Below, piece after piece: positions 20,911 to 30,422 of a stretch of 64,000 nt of DNA. The notes under the pieces are model-generated. The model was not told where the DNA came from and searched no databases. It was given only the letters and a program-made list of their open reading frames with translations. The DNA is from Acidobacteriota bacterium (GTDB lineage Bacteria; Acidobacteriota; UBA890; WLXD01). Where the stretch lies: positions 5,664,001-5,728,000 of the forward strand of contig CBDFKD010000002.1 of NCBI GenBank assembly GCA_965248695.1, written 5' to 3'. The position numbers and the translations under genes are program-made. Position 1 is the first letter of the stretch. Every line of letters begins with the position of its first letter.

Positions 20911-20958
20911 CTAGCGGCCTCGTGGTCTTCGGAACGTTCATCTGTTACAGGCCACTAG
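20911..20958. mobile_element. Internally deleted remnant of the MITE at 62831-63107
   Basis: AACGTTCATCTGTTACAGGCCACTAG (20933-20958) is identical to 63082-63107; left end CTAGCGGCCT resembles CTAGTGGCCT. Confidence 0.8.
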
Positions 20959-21079
20959 TCAAGCATCTTGACCGGCAGCGCTCGGGACGCGCTCGTTCGC
21001 CCAGCATGCGAGACTATTGCGTGCGTCGGCAACAGGTTCCCCGGCGTCAGGACCGGGATGAGGAACCCGCGAGTCGACG

Positions 21080-21772
21080 ATGCTGCAACGCTGCTTGCCT
21101 CTGCTGGCCCTGCTGATTCTTGCTCCGGCGGCGGCGGCCCAGGAACGCGGACCGGGCTCTTCCATTCCCCCTCCCGCTGCGGTTGCCCAGGAGCATGACC
21201 AGGGCTCGTCTGCGAAGCAGCCCGCGGCCGCGGCCGCGCCCGAGGGCACTCAGGTCCGGCGGAGGGGGCGAGCGCGCTGGGCCGTGGCCGGCAGCTATGG
21301 ACTCGGCTCGGAGATCAACAGCTCGAAAGAGATCGACATCGGCTCGATGTGGGTGCGTTGGACCCAGGTGTTGGGAGGCCCGGAGTCTGTCGCCGGCACC
21401 AAGAGATTCCTGGGCGGCCAGCCGGCGGTCGGCATCGAGGTGTCGCCGTACAGCACATTCGATCAGGTGCCCCGCGCCTGGGGAGGCGGGTGGCACCTGG
21501 TGTACGAGCACCGGCTGCGGCCGCAGCACAAGGTTCGCCCTGTGCTCCGAGCCGGGTCCGGGATGCTGTTCACCTCACGCAACGTCCCACCCGGCGAAAC
21601 ACGTTTCAACTACACACTGTTTGTAGGCGCCGGGGTGGAGATCGCGGTCTCCGACAGGGGCGCGATCCAGATCGACTAGCGACTGTACCACATCTCGAAC
21701 GCCAACACCGGCCGGCGGAACCCGGGGATCAACGCCCATACGGTAGTCATGGGGCTCGCCTGGGGCTTCTAG
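21080..21772 (+). pseudogene. PagL-like lipid A deacylase / acyloxyacyl hydrolase beta-barrel with an in-frame TAG at 21677-21679
   Basis: Signal peptide; the frame continues past TAG as RLYHISNANTGRRNPGINAHTVVMGLAWGF*, containing the catalytic HxSNA motif and the C-terminal Phe typical of OMPs. Confidence 0.8.
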
Positions 21773-21943
21773 CAGGCCGTGGTGAAAGTGTGGTGGGTCT
21801 GGTTACGGCGAGTTGGGGTTGCGCGCGGATGCTGCGTCGTTTGTCGTCAACGATGGGGTAACCATCGCCTCCTCCTCTCTCCTGGCCTGCGCCTCGCAAA
21901 ACCCTGTCGCCAGACCCACCACACTTTCACCACGGCCTGCTAG
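21769..21943. mobile_element. MITE (175 bp including CTAG at both ends)
   Basis: Perfect 34-bp inverted repeats CTAGCAGGCCGTGGTGAAAGTGTGGTGGGTCTGG (21769-21802 and 21910-21943); no ORF; left CTAG contains the upstream gene's stop. Confidence 0.85.
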
Positions 21944-21981
21944 CCCGGCGGAGTCGCGCTGCTACCAGGTCCGCCCGGCGC

Positions 21982-22908
21982 CTACCCGCTGAGCACCTGC
22001 GCACGCGCCGCCGCCAGGGCCTCGCGGCCGGTATGCCGCGGCCGCGTCCCGAAATGGGTCTTGAGCCGTGTGTTGTCGAGTATCGGCATCCCGGATGACC
22101 AGCGTAGCTGTCGGCGTGGCGACGGCGCCCGTCGCAGCAGCCACGAAGCACACGCCAGTCCCCAGGCGACGCCGGCAGGGAGCGACACGCTGGGCCTCGA
22201 TAGTGCTCGGCAGACCTCCGACAGGCGCATGAGCCCGTCAGCGGCAACATTGTAGGTACCTCCCTCCCCTTCCTGAACCGCCCGCCAGAGAACCTCGGCG
22301 GCATCTTCCTCGTGAAGGAACTGCATCACTGGATCGCCTTGCAGCCTCGATACCAGCGGCATGCGGAGCATGTCTTCGATCGCACCCGAGTTTCGAGGTC
22401 CGATGGTCGGAGCGACGCGAAACACATAGACCTCGGTGTGACTGTGCACGCTTGCGAACTCGCGCGCAGCTCGGTCCGCGGCGGACTGGTCGGCAACGTC
22501 CGCCGGCCCGTCGAACGTGTCCGTCTCCGACCATGGCCGACCATCCGACGAGGACCGCGGGTAGGCCGCGGCACTGCCCCAGTGGATCATGAGCGGCACC
22601 CCGACGCTCGCCGCCGCCCGCATCGCCGCGTTGGCCAACGCCAGCCTCCCCGAGCGCGCAATCGGGTCAACGCAGAAGTGAATCAAGCACTCGGGTTGCA
22701 GATCACGGACCGCGGCCGCCACGCTGGCGCGATCGCGGCGCACCTGGAAACCGGCAGCGGCCGGCCACCCATCAGGTGCCTCGGCTGCGACTGCGATGGC
22801 ATCGCCGCCGGCGGCCAGGATCCGTTCCGCGACCAGACCGGCGACCGCGTCGAGCCATCCGAACATCACGACCCGCCCCGCTCCCCCGTCCGTTCGTCTC
22901 GAACCCAT
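21982..22908 (-). CDS. NAD-dependent epimerase/dehydratase-like protein with degenerate cofactor motifs
   Basis: [47 protein letters not shown]; GxxGxxG and YxxxK are not conserved. Confidence 0.65.
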   Translation of the reverse strand: MGSRRTDGGAGRVVMFGWLDAVAGLVAERILAAGGDAIAVAAEAPDGWPAAAGFQVRRDRASVAAAVRDLQPECLIHFCVDPIARSGRLALANAAMRAAASVGVPLMIHWGSAAAYPRSSSDGRPWSETDTFDGPADVADQSAADRAAREFASVHSHTEVYVFRVAPTIGPRNSGAIEDMLRMPLVSRLQGDPVMQFLHEEDAAEVLWRAVQEGEGGTYNVAADGLMRLSEVCRALSRPSVSLPAGVAWGLACASWLLRRAPSPRRQLRWSSGMPILDNTRLKTHFGTRPRHTGREALAAARAQVLSG

Positions 22909-23216
22909 TACCCGCCACTCAGCGAAGCGCCGCCGTCCACCGGCAGGATGGCGCCGGGTGCCGCTCCGTTCACCTGGACGTGCGGCGCCAGCACCTGCGC
23001 GGTGCAGCGCGTCAGCGTGTCCAGTCCACTCCTGGCAATGCAATACGCGGCGAAGTCGCGCCGCTCCAAGATCGCGGCATTGTTGACCATGGCGACTCTT
23101 TGCCGGCCGTTTGGGATCAAGGTCTCTCTCGCCGAAGAACTGCGTGGTCGGGCGACCTTCCTCAGGGGGCCGCCGTAGCCGCGGGTGAGTGTAGTGGCTT
23201 GCAGGACAGCCGGCAC
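22908..23216 (-). pseudogene. Remnant of a pteridine reductase/FolM-like SDR (C-terminal part only)
   Basis: [32 protein letters not shown] joined directly to PVDGG; no Rossmann N-terminus and an internal deletion. Confidence 0.6.
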
Positions 23217-23312
23217 ACGGCGCGGCGTTGCTTCGACACATCGATCGCGTCGGCAGGCGTTAGGATGATCTCACTCGATCGTCTCTGCCGGCCCTTCCAT
23301 TCGCGTGCTCCG

Positions 23313-24587
23313 ATGCCTCAGATCGTCGTTTACACCAAGTCGTTCTGCTCCTACTGCAGCTGGGCGAAGAACTTGCTGGCGGCGAAGGAAGTGGAGTGGG
23401 AGGAGATCAACGTCTCGACCGAGCGGAGCCGCTTCGCCGAGATGATCGAGCGCGCCAACGGCCGCATGACGGCGCCACAGATCTTCATCGACGACCTGCA
23501 CGTTGGCGGTTTCGAGGAGCTGGCGGCGCTTGATACGCGTGGCGAGCTCGACGCGCTGCTGAACCCTGACGACGGCAACAACGGCGACGAGATCACCGAC
23601 TCCGACCAACCGAACGGCATCAAGGAGGACGACGTGGCCGACAACCATCGTGAGCTGATCATCGTTGGCTCCGGCTGCGCTGGCCTGACAGCGGCCATCT
23701 ACAGCGGGCGCGCCAACCTGGCGCCGCTGGTCATCACGGGTCGTGAGCTGGGCGGACAGCTCTACACGACCACGGACGTGGAGAACTTTCCGGGGTTTCC
23801 CGAGGGCATCCAGGGACCCGATCTGATCGATCGCATGCGGGCACAAGCGGAGCGCTTCGGCGCCGAGCTCCTGTTCGGGCACGTCGCCCGGCTGGAGCTC
23901 GCCGCGCAACCGTTCCGGGTCGTGCTCGAGGATGGCGCCGAGCATACGTGCGACGCCTTGATCGTTGCGACCGGCGCCTCGCCCAAGGGTCTCGGTGTGC
24001 CGGGCGAGCTCGACCTGCGCGGCTATGGAGTCTCCACCTGCGCGACGTGCGACGCGGCCTTCTTTCGCGATCGTCCGGTGGCCATCGTCGGCGGTGGCGA
24101 CTCGGCCATGGAGGAAGCCCTGTTCCTCACCAAGTTCGCTTCCTCCGTAGCTCTTCTGCACCGGCGTGATGAGTTCCGGGCCAGCCCCATCATGGCGAGT
24201 CGGGTGCTGGAGCACGCGAAGATCGACGTGCGGTGGCACACCGAGGTCGAGGGGTTCGTTGGCACCTCCGAAACGGGGCTAACCGGCGTGAGGATGGTCA
24301 ACAATCAGACCGACGAGCGTACCGAGCTGAAGGTCGACGGCTGCTTCATCGCCATCGGTCACGATCCCAACACCGATGTGCTGGCCGACTGGCCCATCCG
24401 GCTCGACGACCTGGGCTACGTCACCGAGGACGAGCGGCCGCTACCCTACACCGGGATCGAAGGGGTATTCGTAGCGGGCGACGTTCACGACCATCACTAC
24501 AGACAGGCGGTCACGGCCGCAGGTTACGGCTGTCGAGCAGCTCTCGACGCCGAGAAATGGCTCACCAATCGGCTGATGGGAGCTTGA
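23313..24587 (+). CDS. trxB: Glutaredoxin 3 - thioredoxin reductase fusion
   Basis: Grx: [24 protein letters not shown]; acidic linker; TrxR: [55 protein letters not shown]. Confidence 0.92.
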   Translation: MPQIVVYTKSFCSYCSWAKNLLAAKEVEWEEINVSTERSRFAEMIERANGRMTAPQIFIDDLHVGGFEELAALDTRGELDALLNPDDGNNGDEITDSDQPNGIKEDDVADNHRELIIVGSGCAGLTAAIYSGRANLAPLVITGRELGGQLYTTTDVENFPGFPEGIQGPDLIDRMRAQAERFGAELLFGHVARLELAAQPFRVVLEDGAEHTCDALIVATGASPKGLGVPGELDLRGYGVSTCATCDAAFFRDRPVAIVGGGDSAMEEALFLTKFASSVALLHRRDEFRASPIMASRVLEHAKIDVRWHTEVEGFVGTSETGLTGVRMVNNQTDERTELKVDGCFIAIGHDPNTDVLADWPIRLDDLGYVTEDERPLPYTGIEGVFVAGDVHDHHYRQAVTAAGYGCRAALDAEKWLTNRLMGA

Positions 24588-24610
24588 CGCGGAGCCACAC
24601 CGCGACGCCT

Positions 24611-25252
24611 TCAGCCCCTGAACTGTCCGGTGAGAAACGGATTGGTACGACGCTCGCGAGCCAGCGTGGTTTCCGGACCGTGTCCCGGAAGCACCGTGAC
24701 ATCATCGCCCAACGGCAGCAGCACGTCGCGAATCGACCGCATCAAGGTCTCGTGATCGCCGCCCGGCAGATCGGTGCGCCCTATCGATCCGGCGAACAGG
24801 CAGTCGCCGGCGATCACGACGCTCAGGTCGGCGAACCAGAAGGCCACGTGGCCGGGGGCATGGCCCGGAACGTGTAGGACTCGGGCCTGAAGACGTCCCA
24901 GGGTCATGAGGTCGTCGGCGGCGAGCCAGCGATCCGGTAGGGGCAAAGCCGGAACGTGGAGCCCGAACATCGCCCCCTGCTGCTCGACCGCCTCGTACAG
25001 GGGTCGATCCAGTGGGTGAAGCGCCAGCGGCGCGCCAGTAGCTGCTGTCGCCTCGGCAACCCCTGCGACGTGATCGATGTGCGCGTGCGTCAGCCAGATC
25101 TGCTCGATGCTGAGCCCCTCCCGCCCGGCGATCTCCAGGAGCTTCTCGACATGACCGCCCGGGTCGACGAGCGCACCCACTCCGGTCTCCGGACAGCCTA
25201 TCAGCCATGAGTTCTCGCTGAACGGCGCCACCACCTCAACGTGTCGGAACAT
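24611..25252 (-). CDS. MBL-fold metallo-hydrolase (glyoxalase II/YcbL-like)
   Basis: THAHIDH, PGHAPGH, GDCLFAGSIGRTDL, PGHGPET. Confidence 0.92.
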   Translation of the reverse strand: MFRHVEVVAPFSENSWLIGCPETGVGALVDPGGHVEKLLEIAGREGLSIEQIWLTHAHIDHVAGVAEATAATGAPLALHPLDRPLYEAVEQQGAMFGLHVPALPLPDRWLAADDLMTLGRLQARVLHVPGHAPGHVAFWFADLSVVIAGDCLFAGSIGRTDLPGGDHETLMRSIRDVLLPLGDDVTVLPGHGPETTLARERRTNPFLTGQFRG

Positions 25253-25343
25253 CCGCACCCCTGCGCGCGACCGTTTGCGTTCCGCTAATTGCTCCCACTC
25301 CGTGGCGCGGCCGCAATGCGCTACGAACCTCGGAAACGAAACA

Positions 25344-27578
25344 CTACCGTACCGGTGTGATGGGCAATGTCGGCGCGCGGCCGTCAAACGCCTCGCGGAT
25401 GCGTTCGGCCAGCGTCGTGTTGCGGGCCGAGGGCGATGCGTTGCCGACGGCGCGGTCGAGCGTCTCACGACTGCTGATCAGAACCGCGACTTGCTGTGCC
25501 CGGGTGAGCGCTGTGTACAACAAGTTGCGTTGCAACATGATGTGGTGCTCGGGCATGAGGACGACTACGACAGCCGGGTACTCGCTGCCCTGGCTCTTGT
25601 GAACGGATATCGCGTACGCCAGCGTCAGGTCACCCGTGGCGCCGGCATCGTAGCCGACGAGGCGACCGCCGAAATCGACGCTCAACCCCGCCTCGGCATC
25701 GGCGATGGCGACGTGCCCGATGTCGCCGTTGAACACCTCGCGGTCGTAGTCGTTGCGCAGCTGCATGACGCGGTCGCCGACACGCAGCATCGGCGCCGCC
25801 GACGGATCGGCGGTCGGATCCGGGTTGAGGGCCGCCTGCAGCTCGGCGTTGAGCCGGCTTACGCCGCAACGGCCACGATGCATCGGCGCCAGCACCTGCA
25901 CGTCGCGCATGGGGTCCAAATCGAAGCGCTTCGGGATCCGGTTCGTGACCAGGCGCTGAACGAGCTCGCGGGCGCGATCCGGATGGCGCTCGTCGATCAT
26001 GTAGAAGTCGGCATCCGGCTGGTCGGCCGGATGCGGCGCTTCGGGGAGCTCGCCTGCGTTCACCCGATGCGCGTTGCGAACGATGAGGCTTGCACGAGCC
26101 TGACGGAAGATGCGCTGCAACCGCACGGTAGGTACCCGCTCCGACGCGATCAGGTCGCGGAGCACCGCTCCGGGGCCGACTGGCGGCAGCTGGTCAGCAT
26201 CACCGACCATCAACAGGCGGGCATCGGGTCGGAGCGCCGAAACGAACGCATCCATGAGCACCAGATCCACCATCGAGAACTCGTCGATCACCGCCAGGTC
26301 GGCTTCGACGGGATTATCGGGCCCACGGCTGAAGCCCTGCCCGTACCCGAACTCCAGCAGTCGATGAATGGTCTTGGCCTCACGCCCCGTCGCCTGCTCC
26401 ATGCGCTTGGCGGCACGGCCGGTCGGTGCCGCCAACGCGACCCGTAGATCGAGCATGGTGGCGCAGCGGGCAATCGCATCGACGAGCGTCGTCTTCCCGG
26501 TGCCGGGACCACCGGTCACAACCACGAGCCGGCGAAGGAGCGCGCTCTCCAACGCCGTCCGTTGCTCGTCCGCCAGGCCTACCTCGAGACTCGAGGTCAC
26601 CTGACGCACGGCACCGAGCACACGGTCCTCCTCGATAGGCTCAATCGCACCGGCGGAAGCACCGAGAGCGGCGAGACGGCGAGCCACACGAAGCTCGGCA
26701 GCATACAACCCGGCCGTATAAACGCGCGGATCTGTCTCGCCATCCGGTTCCACCACCACATCTCGACGCAGCGCCAAGGCGTCGATCGCCGCGCCCAGCT
26801 CGTGCGACTCATCGAGATCGAGCAGCCTGGCGGCAACTGCCTGGAGCTCCGAGCTCATCAGAAAGCAATTGCCGCGGCCCGCCGCGGCGAGCAACGCTTC
26901 CGCCAAGCCCGCGGCCAGTCGGTCCGGCGCGTCCGGGGCTACGCCCATTCGCATTGCCAGCCCGTCAGCGGTGCGAAACCCGATGCCACGCACCTCGCGT
27001 GCCAGCGAGTACGGATCCCTCTTGACGCGCCCGACAGTCTCCTCTCCCCAGGCGCGGACGACGGCCTCGGCGAGCGCCGGGCCGAGCCCGTGTCCCTGCA
27101 GGAAGATCCGTGCCTGGCGGTGCGCCGTTTTCTCGAGCCAGCCGGCCTTGATCTGCTCGAGTCTCTTGGGGCCGATACCGCGCACGGCGAGCAGACGCTC
27201 GGGATCTTCATCCAGTACCTGCAACGTGTCGGTGCCGAAGCGATCCACCAGCCTTCGTGCGAGCTCCGGGCCGATGCCGGGTACGACCCCGGAAGCGAGG
27301 TAGCGCCGCGCGCCGCTCTCACTCTGCGGTTCGGCGGGCATGCACAGCTTCGCCCTGAACTGCCGCCCGTAGCGTCGGTCGGTCTCCCACTCCCCCTGGA
27401 TCTCGATGCACTCGCCGGGGAACAACGGCGCCATGGCGCCGACGACCGTGATCAAACCGCCGTCGTCGGGTTCGAAGTGCACCACGGCCCAGCCCGATTC
27501 GCGATTCTCGAAGACCACCCGGGCCACCGTGCCTCGAAGCCGCCCGTCGAACAGCGACGGCTCCTGCGCTCGCGCCAT
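25344..27578 (-). CDS. recD2: ATP-dependent RecD2 helicase
   Basis: N-terminal OB region and HhH (GIGP) repeats; GGPGTGKTT; APTGRAAKR; DEFSM; GDADQLPPVG; HKSQGSEY. Confidence 0.95.
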   Translation of the reverse strand: MARAQEPSLFDGRLRGTVARVVFENRESGWAVVHFEPDDGGLITVVGAMAPLFPGECIEIQGEWETDRRYGRQFRAKLCMPAEPQSESGARRYLASGVVPGIGPELARRLVDRFGTDTLQVLDEDPERLLAVRGIGPKRLEQIKAGWLEKTAHRQARIFLQGHGLGPALAEAVVRAWGEETVGRVKRDPYSLAREVRGIGFRTADGLAMRMGVAPDAPDRLAAGLAEALLAAAGRGNCFLMSSELQAVAARLLDLDESHELGAAIDALALRRDVVVEPDGETDPRVYTAGLYAAELRVARRLAALGASAGAIEPIEEDRVLGAVRQVTSSLEVGLADEQRTALESALLRRLVVVTGGPGTGKTTLVDAIARCATMLDLRVALAAPTGRAAKRMEQATGREAKTIHRLLEFGYGQGFSRGPDNPVEADLAVIDEFSMVDLVLMDAFVSALRPDARLLMVGDADQLPPVGPGAVLRDLIASERVPTVRLQRIFRQARASLIVRNAHRVNAGELPEAPHPADQPDADFYMIDERHPDRARELVQRLVTNRIPKRFDLDPMRDVQVLAPMHRGRCGVSRLNAELQAALNPDPTADPSAAPMLRVGDRVMQLRNDYDREVFNGDIGHVAIADAEAGLSVDFGGRLVGYDAGATGDLTLAYAISVHKSQGSEYPAVVVVLMPEHHIMLQRNLLYTALTRAQQVAVLISSRETLDRAVGNASPSARNTTLAERIREAFDGRAPTLPITPVR

Positions 27579-27587
27579 CTCAGCTAC

Positions 27588-28988
27588 TCAGATGTGGAGC
27601 GGGCGACCGTCAACCGCCAGGGCGGCTTCCTTGAAGGCCTCCGACAACGTGGGGTGCGCGTGCACGGTAAGGGCGAGGTCCTCGGCATAACCGCCGTAGC
27701 CCATCGCCACAACCGCCTCATGGATCAGGTGCCCGGCCTCCGGTCCAACGCAGTGGACACCGAGAATCACGTCGGTGTCGGCATCGGCGATCACCTTCAC
27801 CCAGCCATCCATGTCATCGCGTGCGCGCGCCCGGCCGTTGCCGCGGAACGGGAAACGGCCAATCTCGAGGCGATGCCCGCGGAGCTCCGCTTCGTCCTCT
27901 CGGAGCCCCACCGAGGCGAGCTCCGGATGGGTGAACACGACCGCCGGGATGGCATCGTATTCCATCGCTGCAGCGCGACCGGCGATGCACTCTGCCGCCA
28001 CAACGCCCTCGTCCATGGCGACGTGAGCCAGCATCGGCGTGGCGATCACGTCTCCGACGGCGTAGACGCCGGGGATACCGGTGCGCATACCGTGGTCGAC
28101 GGTGATAAAGCCTCGATCGTCCGTCTCCAGGCCGATCGCGTCGAGGCCGAGGCCGTCGGTCGCCGGTCGCCGACCGATCGAAACGAGTACCCGGTCCGCC
28201 TCGACCGTCGTGTCTTCGCCTCCCATGCTGTAGCGCACAAGCGCCGATCCGCCTTCGACTTCGACAGCGCTCACCCTCGATCCCAGACGAATGTCGAGAC
28301 CCTGCTGTCCGAGGAGCGTGTGGGCCATCGCCGCCACCTCGGCATCCATCTCCGGCAGCACACGGTCCATCATCTCCAAGACGACGACTTCGGTGCCCAG
28401 ACGCGCGTAGACGCTGCCGAGCTCAAGCCCGATATAGCCGGCGCCCACCACCACCATTCGATCGGGCACCGTCTCCAGACCCAGGGCACCGCGCGACGAG
28501 ATCACCACATCCTCGTCGCAGCCAATGCCGGGTAGCTCCGCCTCCACCGATCCGGTGGCGACGATGACGTTGTCCGCCCGCACCCTCCTGACCGACCCGT
28601 CGTCGGCGGTTACCTCGAGCGTTCCGGGCGCATCAAAGCGTGCCGCTCCGGCAAGCTGCTCCACCCCATGGCGCTTGAGCAGACCGCGCACGCCGGTCGT
28701 CAGCGCCTTCACGACCTTGGCCTTGTGCCGCTGCATGGCCACAAAATCGACGCTGGCTCCCTCGACCCGTATTCCGAATGTCGAGGCGCGTTTGATCTGG
28801 CTGAACAGATGCGACGCGTCGAGCAGCGCCTTGGACGGTATACATCCGACGTTCAGACAAGTACCGCCGACGAACTCCTTCTCGATAACCGCGGTCCGGA
28901 GCCCGAGTTGCGCCGCACGAATCGCCGCCACGTAGCCTCCGGGCCCGGCGCCGATCACGGCCACTTCCACCTGCGTCTCTGAGCTCAT
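27588..28988 (-). CDS. lpdA: Dihydrolipoamide dehydrogenase (E3)
   Basis: GAGPGGYVAA, GGTCLNVGCIPSK, GAGYIGLE, HAHPTLSE. Confidence 0.96.
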   Translation of the reverse strand: MSSETQVEVAVIGAGPGGYVAAIRAAQLGLRTAVIEKEFVGGTCLNVGCIPSKALLDASHLFSQIKRASTFGIRVEGASVDFVAMQRHKAKVVKALTTGVRGLLKRHGVEQLAGAARFDAPGTLEVTADDGSVRRVRADNVIVATGSVEAELPGIGCDEDVVISSRGALGLETVPDRMVVVGAGYIGLELGSVYARLGTEVVVLEMMDRVLPEMDAEVAAMAHTLLGQQGLDIRLGSRVSAVEVEGGSALVRYSMGGEDTTVEADRVLVSIGRRPATDGLGLDAIGLETDDRGFITVDHGMRTGIPGVYAVGDVIATPMLAHVAMDEGVVAAECIAGRAAAMEYDAIPAVVFTHPELASVGLREDEAELRGHRLEIGRFPFRGNGRARARDDMDGWVKVIADADTDVILGVHCVGPEAGHLIHEAVVAMGYGGYAEDLALTVHAHPTLSEAFKEAALAVDGRPLHI

Positions 28989-28995
28989 CGTCGGC

Positions 28996-30417
28996 TCACG
29001 GCGCCAGGAGCTGGAGCTTCGGGTCCTCGAGCAGCGCCACCAGGTCACGCGTGAACAGCGCCGCCGGCGCGCCGTCGACGACGCGATGATCGAGCGAGAG
29101 CGACAGATTCACCATGTCGCGAATCACGATCTCGTCATCGCGCACCACCGGGCGCTTGCGAATCGCCGGAATCCCGAGGATGGCGACCTCGGGGTGGTTG
29201 ATGATCGGCGTGGCAACGAGGCCGCCGATGTTTCCAGTGCTCGTGATCGTGATGGTGCCACCCTGCAGATCATCCGCGGCACTTCGCCCGGCGCGCGCGT
29301 CGGCGGAGAGCCGTTCGATCTCCTGTGCGAGATCGAAGATACTCAGCCGGTCCGCGTTCTTCACCACCGGCACCATCAGGCCACGATCGGTATCGGTGGC
29401 AATGCCGACGTTGTAGTAGCGCTTCAAGACGATCTCGCCGCTCTCCTCGTCGAGCGACGAGTTCACGATCGGATGACGACGGCAAGCCTCGGTCAGCGCT
29501 TTGATGAAGAACGGCAGGTAGGTGACCCGCAGCCCCTCGGCTGCCGCCATCTCCTTCGCCTCACGACGCAGTGCGACAATCTCGGTCATGTCGCACTCCT
29601 CTACGTAGGTGAAGTGCGGGATAACGCGCTTCGCCTCCGCCAGCCGCTCGGCGATGCGCCGACGGAGTCCGCGCAGGGGAACACGCTCCTCCAGCGGGCC
29701 GTCAACAGCAGGCGTCAGCAAAAGAGGGCGAGCGCCCGGCGGCGATTCGTCGTGGCTCGCCCGTACCGCCGCCGGTTCGGTCCCATGGCCGGTGGCAGGC
29801 AGCGGTGGAGAATCCGGTGGCCCCGCGTCGACCCGGTCTCCGTGACCGGTGAGGTCGGCCTTGGTGATCCGGCCGCCCTTTCCGGTTCCATGCACGTCTT
29901 GCAGATCGATCCCGAGCTCGCGTGCCAGGCGGCGAGTCGCCGGGGTCGTCAGCGGACCACCGGCAGCCGGCGGCGGAGCCTCCCACGCCGGAAGCTCGTC
30001 TGCGTTGTCATCGAGCTCGGCACGCGCCATCGCCCGTGCTGCCGCCACCGCGTCTTCGTCCCCCGCCTCCACTTCAACAACGACCGGCTCATCGTCCTCG
30101 ACTGGCGCGCCCGGCTCGACCGGCTGGTCAGGAGCCTCGAGCTCCGACGTCGCGCCCACTTCGCTGCCGCCGGCATCGTCGCCAGCGCCGATCAGCAAGA
30201 TCACCGCGCCGACGTCAACGATATCGCCCTCCTTGGCGCGCAACTCGAGCACGGTCCCTGGAACCGGCGAGGGAATCTCCACCGTGGCCTTGTCGGTCAT
30301 CACCTCGACGAGCGGCGTGTCCTCTTCCACCACGGCGCCCTCGGCGACGAGCCACTTGATGATCTCGCCCTCGGCCGTTCCTTCACCGATCTCGGGTAAC
30401 TTGATCTCGGTCGTCAT
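28996..30417 (-). CDS. 2-oxoacid dehydrogenase E2 dihydrolipoamide acyltransferase
   Basis: Lipoyl domain EVMTDKATVEI; PSBD PATRRLARELGIDL..GTGKGGRITK; catalytic DHRVVDG. Confidence 0.95.
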   Translation of the reverse strand: MTTEIKLPEIGEGTAEGEIIKWLVAEGAVVEEDTPLVEVMTDKATVEIPSPVPGTVLELRAKEGDIVDVGAVILLIGAGDDAGGSEVGATSELEAPDQPVEPGAPVEDDEPVVVEVEAGDEDAVAAARAMARAELDDNADELPAWEAPPPAAGGPLTTPATRRLARELGIDLQDVHGTGKGGRITKADLTGHGDRVDAGPPDSPPLPATGHGTEPAAVRASHDESPPGARPLLLTPAVDGPLEERVPLRGLRRRIAERLAEAKRVIPHFTYVEECDMTEIVALRREAKEMAAAEGLRVTYLPFFIKALTEACRRHPIVNSSLDEESGEIVLKRYYNVGIATDTDRGLMVPVVKNADRLSIFDLAQEIERLSADARAGRSAADDLQGGTITITSTGNIGGLVATPIINHPEVAILGIPAIRKRPVVRDDEIVIRDMVNLSLSLDHRVVDGAPAALFTRDLVALLEDPKLQLLAP

Positions 30418-30422
30418 GGGCC

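Noticed and set aside
21677-21679. Amber recoding (pyrrolysine or alternative genetic code)
   Set aside because: TAG ends many genes here at their expected C-termini, and no pyl genes are in the window.
22776-23312. 179-aa N-terminal extension of the Grx-TrxR ORF
   Set aside because: Low-complexity and overlaps opposite-strand SDR genes; the Grx domain begins at ATG 23313.
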